Shown piece after piece: positions 58,670 through 64,000 of a DNA stretch of 64,000 nucleotides. Position 1 is the stretch's first letter. Every line of letters begins with the position of its first letter. The notes beneath the pieces are model-generated. The model did no database searches, was not told where the DNA came from, and saw only the letters and a list, made by a program, of their open reading frames with translations. Source of the DNA: Bacillota bacterium (GTDB lineage Bacteria > Bacillota > Clostridia > Peptostreptococcales > Anaerovoracaceae); assembly GCA_017394515.1 (NCBI GenBank), contig JAFPXY010000011.1, positions 29,550 through 93,549 of the forward strand. Reading direction: 5' to 3'. The position numbers and the translations under genes were made by a program.

Positions 58670-58755
58670 GCGCCGGTGGATTGTAAAACTTGTCATTTTA
58701 TGATAATATGTTCATATCTATATTTATGTCGCTTTATTCGATTTAGGAGGGCATC

Positions 58756-61113
58756 ATGAAAGTCCGTTTTCGCAAACTCACAATCTTCGTCATTGCCTTT
58801 GCAATGATATTCACTTCATCGTTTTTTGCGGGAAGCACAGCTTTTGCTGAGGATACTTTTTCAATCTATAATGAGCTGTCTGTTGGGCTGACCAATGCGG
58901 TATACGATTATCTGGATGAGATCTACATAGAGAAATACCCGGAGATGGCTCTCAGGTTCAAGTATGGAACCGAGGAGGAGAAGCAGGAGCTTCAAGCCCT
59001 TGCTGATATGATAACCGAGGGAAAAACTTCAGATATGGACAAGGCTAAGGAGATCAGCCGTTGGGTCAAGGGTAACATAACTTATGGATCTGGCGCGCCA
59101 TATCCCATCGACACCTTCAGAAACCGCAGCGGAGTATGTCTCAATTATTCACTTCTGGCGTCTCAGCTCATGAGGCTCGTCGGAATTCCTTCAGTTGTAG
59201 TCGACGGTCACAGAGGAAATCTGAAGACTGCGACTAAATCAGACCTGAGAAACTCCGGACACGCGTGGCTCTATGCTCATATTGACGGCGAATGGTACAT
59301 GTTCGACCCTCTGTGGTTAGGCGGTAAGGCTGTAACGGACAGAGAATATCTGGCGACATATTATCTGATCAGTACCATCGAAGGCATATTCATTACCTTT
59401 GATGGCATGGATCTCTATAATGTGAATTACTTCAGCTCTGGAGCCAGAGGAGACGGTCCGGTATACTATAACGGGATCTTCAAGTATGTCTTTAGCGGAG
59501 CTGTAGATGGAGATTACTATAGACCTACGGATCTTGGAAACGCAAATTATTCTGTAAACGGTATCAGTCAGAATGTGACCATACGACAGATCCAAGCAGG
59601 CGGCATACAGGATGGCTACTATTATTTAGGAGATACGGATAATGAGAGAAGGAACCAGATGGTAGCTGGCCAGATCTACACCAATGGATGGCTGCGTTCC
59701 GGTGACGCTCTCATCTATCTCAATGAAAATGGAGTAAGAGCGACAGCAACCGTCAGAAAAGTAGGAGATAAGTACTTACACCTGGATGGCACTACTTGGG
59801 AAGTAAAGGCTGATCAGGAAAGTTATTGGACAGAGAATGGAAAACTGACCTTCAAGACCGGTACAGAGGGAAAGCTCTTTGAACTCTATCAGGATGGTCT
59901 TGATATCCCGAAGGATGAATATGACTATAAGTATTCACTGTATAAGGATTATGGCGATGAGAATATCACCATCACGGAGGATGGATATCTGAACCTTAAG
60001 AAGGAAGGAACCTATGAAATCGTCTTAAAGATCACGGATCCTTCGACGGGAAGTCAGAATGGCTATTACAGCAAAACCATATATGTTAAGGATTCCAAAC
60101 CTGAAGTGGACTATACGACACGCACCATCGATATCAGCGATACGAGCATACAGCTTTCAGGGTATGATTTCATGTACACCGGGGAGGAAATCCGACCGGA
60201 AGTTACAGTGTATGAAATGGCCTTTTCAGTAAGTGGAGAGCATTCGGAACTTGAAGAGGGTGTTGACTATACCGTAGAGTATAAGGATAATATTTTGCCC
60301 GGTTATGGCAAGGTGATCATCAAAGGTAAGGGCATCTTCTCAGGTCAGAATCAAGCGTCCTTCTATATCGATCATGAACACGTCTGGGATGAGGGACAGT
60401 TCCTGGATGACTATAACTGCACCGGAGATAACATCAAGACCTACTACTGCACTTTATGCGGCGGTATAAAGGAAGAAGTTGTGAAAGGCGAAGGCCATAA
60501 GGTTCACAGGGAAATGACTCCGGCAACGCTTTCCGATGATGGATATATTCTGGAAACCTGCGAAAGATGCGGAGTATATTTAAACGACAAATACATCTTG
60601 AAGCCTGAGACATTTACACTCTCAGCGAAGTCTTTTGCGTATAATGGCGAAGTGCGGAAGCCGACGGTCACGGTAAAGGATAGAGACGGCAATAAACTCG
60701 TAAAGGGAACGGACTTTGACCTCACATACTCATCCGGCTGCAAAAACGTAGGCAAATATAATGTGACAATAAAGTTTAAGGGAAATTACAGCGGGAGCAA
60801 AAAACTCTCTTTCACCATAAATCCTAAGAAGCCTACCGTCAAAACATTGTCAGCTTTGTCCAAGGGCTTTAAGGTCACCTGGAAGAAGCAGACGACCCAG
60901 GTGAGCGGCTTCGAGATCCGCTACAGCCTTAAGTCATCAATGTCCGGGGCAAAGACTGTCACCGTCAAATCCAATAAAGCGACGTCCAAGTCCGTCAAGT
61001 CCCTAAAGGCAAAGAAGACTTACTACGTGAAGCTGAGGACATATAAGACGGTCGACGGAACCAAGTATGTTTCCGGCTGGACCACTAAGAGAAAAATCAC
61101 AACCAAAGCTTGA
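58756..61113 (+). CDS. secreted transglutaminase-like cysteine protease-fold protein with Ig-like and fibronectin type III domains
   Basis: Has a signal peptide. The TGase-like core reads GVCLNYSLLASQLMRLVGIP...GHAWLYAHIDGEWYMFDP, a Cys-His-Asp arrangement. The C-terminal 90 aa form a Fn3 (FEIRYSLKS...YYVKLRTYK). Confidence 0.65.
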   Translation: MKVRFRKLTIFVIAFAMIFTSSFFAGSTAFAEDTFSIYNELSVGLTNAVYDYLDEIYIEKYPEMALRFKYGTEEEKQELQALADMITEGKTSDMDKAKEISRWVKGNITYGSGAPYPIDTFRNRSGVCLNYSLLASQLMRLVGIPSVVVDGHRGNLKTATKSDLRNSGHAWLYAHIDGEWYMFDPLWLGGKAVTDREYLATYYLISTIEGIFITFDGMDLYNVNYFSSGARGDGPVYYNGIFKYVFSGAVDGDYYRPTDLGNANYSVNGISQNVTIRQIQAGGIQDGYYYLGDTDNERRNQMVAGQIYTNGWLRSGDALIYLNENGVRATATVRKVGDKYLHLDGTTWEVKADQESYWTENGKLTFKTGTEGKLFELYQDGLDIPKDEYDYKYSLYKDYGDENITITEDGYLNLKKEGTYEIVLKITDPSTGSQNGYYSKTIYVKDSKPEVDYTTRTIDISDTSIQLSGYDFMYTGEEIRPEVTVYEMAFSVSGEHSELEEGVDYTVEYKDNILPGYGKVIIKGKGIFSGQNQASFYIDHEHVWDEGQFLDDYNCTGDNIKTYYCTLCGGIKEEVVKGEGHKVHREMTPATLSDDGYILETCERCGVYLNDKYILKPETFTLSAKSFAYNGEVRKPTVTVKDRDGNKLVKGTDFDLTYSSGCKNVGKYNVTIKFKGNYSGSKKLSFTINPKKPTVKTLSALSKGFKVTWKKQTTQVSGFEIRYSLKSSMSGAKTVTVKSNKATSKSVKSLKAKKTYYVKLRTYKTVDGTKYVSGWTTKRKITTKA

Positions 61114-61121
61114 GTTAAGAT

Positions 61122-62021
61122 ATGTTAAAAAGATTTAAAGGAGATATCATATTAATAATTGCGGCGCTGGTCTACGGAAGCGGCCTGGTTGCCCAGTCGG
61201 AAGGAAATTCCCTGGGACCTTGGACATTCTCCGCCACCAGATTCCTTCTGGGATCCCTGGTGCTCCTGCCCATAGCTCTTTTTGTTAGGAGCAGGAAGAC
61301 GCCTGAGGAGAGGGAGAAGGAGATGACGGTCAAGGAGATGCTTCCCGGAGTGCTCATCGTGGCAGTGGATCTGGTCCTCATGGTCATCTGCCAGCAGTAC
61401 GGCCTGATCTACACCACCGTTGGAAAGGCGGGCTTCATCACGAGCCTTTACGTCATCGGTGTGCCCATCGCTGGTCTGATCTTCTTAAGAAGAAAGATCC
61501 AGCCCAGAGTTTGGGTGGCGGCCATCATCTCCGTCGTGGGCTTTTACTTCATAAGCCTTACGGGTGGATTTGAGGCTCTGAACCGAGGTGATCTGCTGCT
61601 TCTCATCGGAGCAGGAACCTGCGTGATATTCGTGTACCTCATGGAGTTTTTTGCTCAAAGAGCCGATGCCAGCACGTTCACCTGCCTGCAATTTTTGTTC
61701 ACCGGGCTGTTCTGCCTGGTGGGAGCATTGATATTTGAGTCGGTCACCTGGGGCATGATGAAGGAAGCTCTGATACCCATCCTCTACGCGGGAATCGGCA
61801 TCTGCGCTGCCGGCTACACCTTCCAGATGATCGGTCAGAAATACGTACCTTCCGAGAGAGCCACCATACTGCTCAGCACGGAATCATTGTTCTCGCTGTT
61901 CTCAGGAATGCTGATCCTGCACGAAGCTCTGAGCACCAGAGAGTACATAGGCTGCGCCCTGATCTTCTGTGCTGTCATATTGGCAGAGACCGGAGTGGGT
62001 AAAGAGAATAAGGCAAAATAA
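61122..62021 (+). CDS. DMT superfamily (EamA-like) transporter
   Basis: Ten predicted TM helices in two duplicated EamA halves. Confidence 0.7.
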   Translation: MLKRFKGDIILIIAALVYGSGLVAQSEGNSLGPWTFSATRFLLGSLVLLPIALFVRSRKTPEEREKEMTVKEMLPGVLIVAVDLVLMVICQQYGLIYTTVGKAGFITSLYVIGVPIAGLIFLRRKIQPRVWVAAIISVVGFYFISLTGGFEALNRGDLLLLIGAGTCVIFVYLMEFFAQRADASTFTCLQFLFTGLFCLVGALIFESVTWGMMKEALIPILYAGIGICAAGYTFQMIGQKYVPSERATILLSTESLFSLFSGMLILHEALSTREYIGCALIFCAVILAETGVGKENKAK

Positions 62022-62036
62022 AAGAGGAGAGAAATC

Positions 62037-63461
62037 ATGTTAAAAGAGAATATTTGTAGATTGATAGACAGCAAAAAACATGAATTCATAGATCTCAGCG
62101 ATCGCATCTGGGATCATCCGGAGATCGGCCTTGAGGAATTCTATTCCGCAGAGGCCATAATGGAAGTGCTTAAGAAGGAAGGCTTCCAGGTGGAAAGTGG
62201 CTTGTCCAAGATAGACACCGCCTTCAAAGGCACCTGGGGCGAAGGCCATCCCATCATAGGATTCCTGGGAGAATACGACGCCTTAGCAGGCATGAGCCAG
62301 AAAGCTCTGTCCCTTGAAAAAGAACCCCTGGAGGAGGGTTGCCCGGGCCACGGCTGCGGCCACAACCTTCTCGGAGCAGGGGCCCTGGCGGCAGCCGTGG
62401 CCCTCAAGGATCACATGGAAGAAGAGAAGATCCCCGGCACGGTGGTATACTTCGGCTGCCCCGCAGAGGAGACTGCCAGCTGCAAGACCATCATGGCAAG
62501 GGAAGGGGACTTCAACATCTGCGATCTGGTAGTGACCTGGCACCCAGCCGATAACACCTACGTGGTGACGGATTCCTGCCTTTCCGACTGCATGATGCTT
62601 TTCAAGTTCAAAGGAATCTCTTCCCATGCTGCAGCAGCACCGCATCTTGGAAGGAGCGCTTTGGACGCCGCAGAACTCTTTAACGTAGGAGTGCAGTACT
62701 TAAGAGAACACATTCCCGACGGCTGCAGGATCCAGTACGCCTATCTGGACGTGGGCGGACAAGCCCCCAACGTAGTCCAGAGCAGAGCATCATTATATTA
62801 CGATTTCCGCGCACCCAAGGTAAGCATGGTCAGAGAACTGAGACCAAGGATCATCCGCGTAGCAGAAGGCGCAGCCCACATGACAGAAACGGAAATGGAA
62901 TGCGAAGTCACCAGCGCCATGTCAGACTATGCGCCTAACCTGACCCTCTCAAAGATCATGGGAGAGGCCATGCAGGAACTGGGATCCATAGGTTTCAGCC
63001 CTGAAGCCCATGCCCTGGCAGATGCCATGACAAAGACCCTTTCAGAGGGAGATATCAAGGAATCCACCTCTTTAATGAACTTATACGTTAGACCCGCCGA
63101 AGTGGCTGAAAGAGCCAAATATAACCTTCAGGAAGTACCGCTTCCATATGTGGAGACCCACAGATGCGAGCCCTCATCCACAGATGTAGGAGACGTATCC
63201 TATGTGGCGCCTACAGCCCAGTGTTATGTAACAACTGAGACCTTCGGAACCCAGCTCCACAGTTGGCAGGCCGTTTCACAAGGCAAGAGCGCCATCGCAC
63301 ACGAAGGAATGATCTACGCCGCAAAAGTCATGGCCTTAACAGCTGCCAAGGTCTTAGAAGACCCTGAAGTTTTAAAGGCCATAAGGGAAGAGCACGAAGC
63401 CAACATACCCGAATACGATTGCCCGCTTCCTGAGGGAGTGGAGCCTAGAGTGATCAAATAA
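62037..63461 (+). CDS. M20D-family amidohydrolase (aminobenzoyl-glutamate utilisation AbgB-like)
   Basis: The metal-binding region GCPGHGCGHNLLGAG and the overall M20 dimerisation architecture are present; 474 aa. Confidence 0.7.
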   Translation: MLKENICRLIDSKKHEFIDLSDRIWDHPEIGLEEFYSAEAIMEVLKKEGFQVESGLSKIDTAFKGTWGEGHPIIGFLGEYDALAGMSQKALSLEKEPLEEGCPGHGCGHNLLGAGALAAAVALKDHMEEEKIPGTVVYFGCPAEETASCKTIMAREGDFNICDLVVTWHPADNTYVVTDSCLSDCMMLFKFKGISSHAAAAPHLGRSALDAAELFNVGVQYLREHIPDGCRIQYAYLDVGGQAPNVVQSRASLYYDFRAPKVSMVRELRPRIIRVAEGAAHMTETEMECEVTSAMSDYAPNLTLSKIMGEAMQELGSIGFSPEAHALADAMTKTLSEGDIKESTSLMNLYVRPAEVAERAKYNLQEVPLPYVETHRCEPSSTDVGDVSYVAPTAQCYVTTETFGTQLHSWQAVSQGKSAIAHEGMIYAAKVMALTAAKVLEDPEVLKAIREEHEANIPEYDCPLPEGVEPRVIK

Positions 63462-63466
63462 ATAGG

Positions 63467-63500
63467 AAGGGGCTGTCTCAAAATGAGATGGCTTCTTTTG
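63467..63500 (+). terminator. intrinsic terminator (copy 4 of the recurring hairpin family)
   Basis: AGGGGCTGTCTCaaaaTGAGATGGCTTCTTTTGG. Confidence 0.6.
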
Positions 63501-63530
63501 GGTGATGTTGTAAATGTTGTGAATGGCGTG

Positions 63531-64000
63531 TAAACCTAATATTCCATTTAAAGCATATGTGGTTTATTACGTTTGGCTTACTTGCTGATGGATAAACCTA
63601 AAAGCATGTTTTCGAGGGTTGTGGTTTATTGCTATAGGGCTTACTTGTCGCTCGGTAAACCTAATAGCGTGTTTTCGCAGGTTGTGGTTTACTCTTATAT
63701 TGTGTATATTTTTACAACATAATGGATTTCGCTCTAATTATAAACCTAACAGCATGATTTAATTGAATGTGGTTTATTCTACAACAAATGCATAAAAATC
63801 TGAGATAAACCTCAACCTACATATTTTGCACCTGTGGTTTATCATCTGAGGAGGTAGGCTTAAACGCATAAACCACAATGCCATATATATGACTTTGTGG
63901 TTTATTTTTTGAGCAGGCATTTTTTGCAATAAACCTAACACCGCAAAAAACGTCTTTGCGGTTTACTCACCACCACATAAATTAAAGGGACAATCTCATT
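63531..64000. repeat. array of at least 7 degenerate about 63-bp units, each an imperfect palindrome TAAACC-N(~22)-GGTTTA(T/C); runs to the window edge
   Basis: A conserved TAAACCTAA starts at 63531, 63594, 63657, 63743, 63807, 63869 and 63930, each followed about 28 nt later by (T/C)GTGGTTTA(T/C). The conserved blocks are about 38 bp (U1 and U2 are 33/38 identical) and are separated by variable 25-45-bp segments. Confidence 0.65.

Noticed and set aside
63531-64000. Possible CRISPR array
   Set aside because: The repeat cores are only about 60-87% identical to each other. The spacers are short and uneven (25-45 bp). Each core is itself a palindrome with a long loop. No cas gene lies in the preceding 60 kb.
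63531-64000. Possible oriC DnaA-box cluster (TGTGGTTTAT resembles reverse-complement DnaA box TGTGGATAA)
   Set aside because: The motif does not fit the DnaA-box consensus TTATCCACA, because its reverse complement is ATAAACCACA. No dnaA/dnaN/gyrB/rpmH neighbours are present, and flanking genes are not origin-proximal types.

Overview
This is a 64-kb chromosomal segment of a Firmicutes (Clostridia-like) genome at roughly 45-50% GC, densely packed with housekeeping genes on both strands. Recognised genes in order: nadE, yhaM, cca, recD2, comFC (-), hpf, cdaA-cdaR, ahcY, UPF0340, an nhaC remnant, a membrane LuxR regulator, a DUF308-like membrane protein, two flavoproteins, DUF937, ppiB, gpmI (-), addA, gdhA, mgtE, nnrD, split transketolase, ftsEX plus an M23 peptidase, recJ, yerC, a PPTase, recX, a LOG-family protein, tRNA-Pro (-), exoA, a thioesterase, mscL (-), maf (-), a YdjI/YdjG/YdjH-like triad, an LCP protein, thrS, a LytTR solo, rpsB-tsf, an M1 peptidase, a hydantoinase, fRMsr, proC (-), pta, an HTH-HipA fusion (-), a transglutaminase-like surface protein, a DMT transporter and an M20 amidohydrolase. 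I see no prophage, transposase, integrase or CRISPR-Cas genes. The parts that ordinary annotation does not explain are: a single-chain XRE-HTH::HipA-like kinase with two near-perfect palindromic operators in its divergent promoter; two arrays of degenerate tandem repeats (17.9-18.2 kb, and 63.5-64.0 kb running off the window end); a recurring, nearly identical terminator hairpin used at four unrelated loci; a candidate small-RNA locus followed by two overlapping unknown ORFs; a decayed nhaC pseudogene; a degenerate ParA-like protein; and a rearranged YdjI-YdjG-YdjH membrane-stress module without pspA. All calls come from reading motifs and recalled family signatures in the ORF translations and DNA. 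No database search or structure prediction was run.
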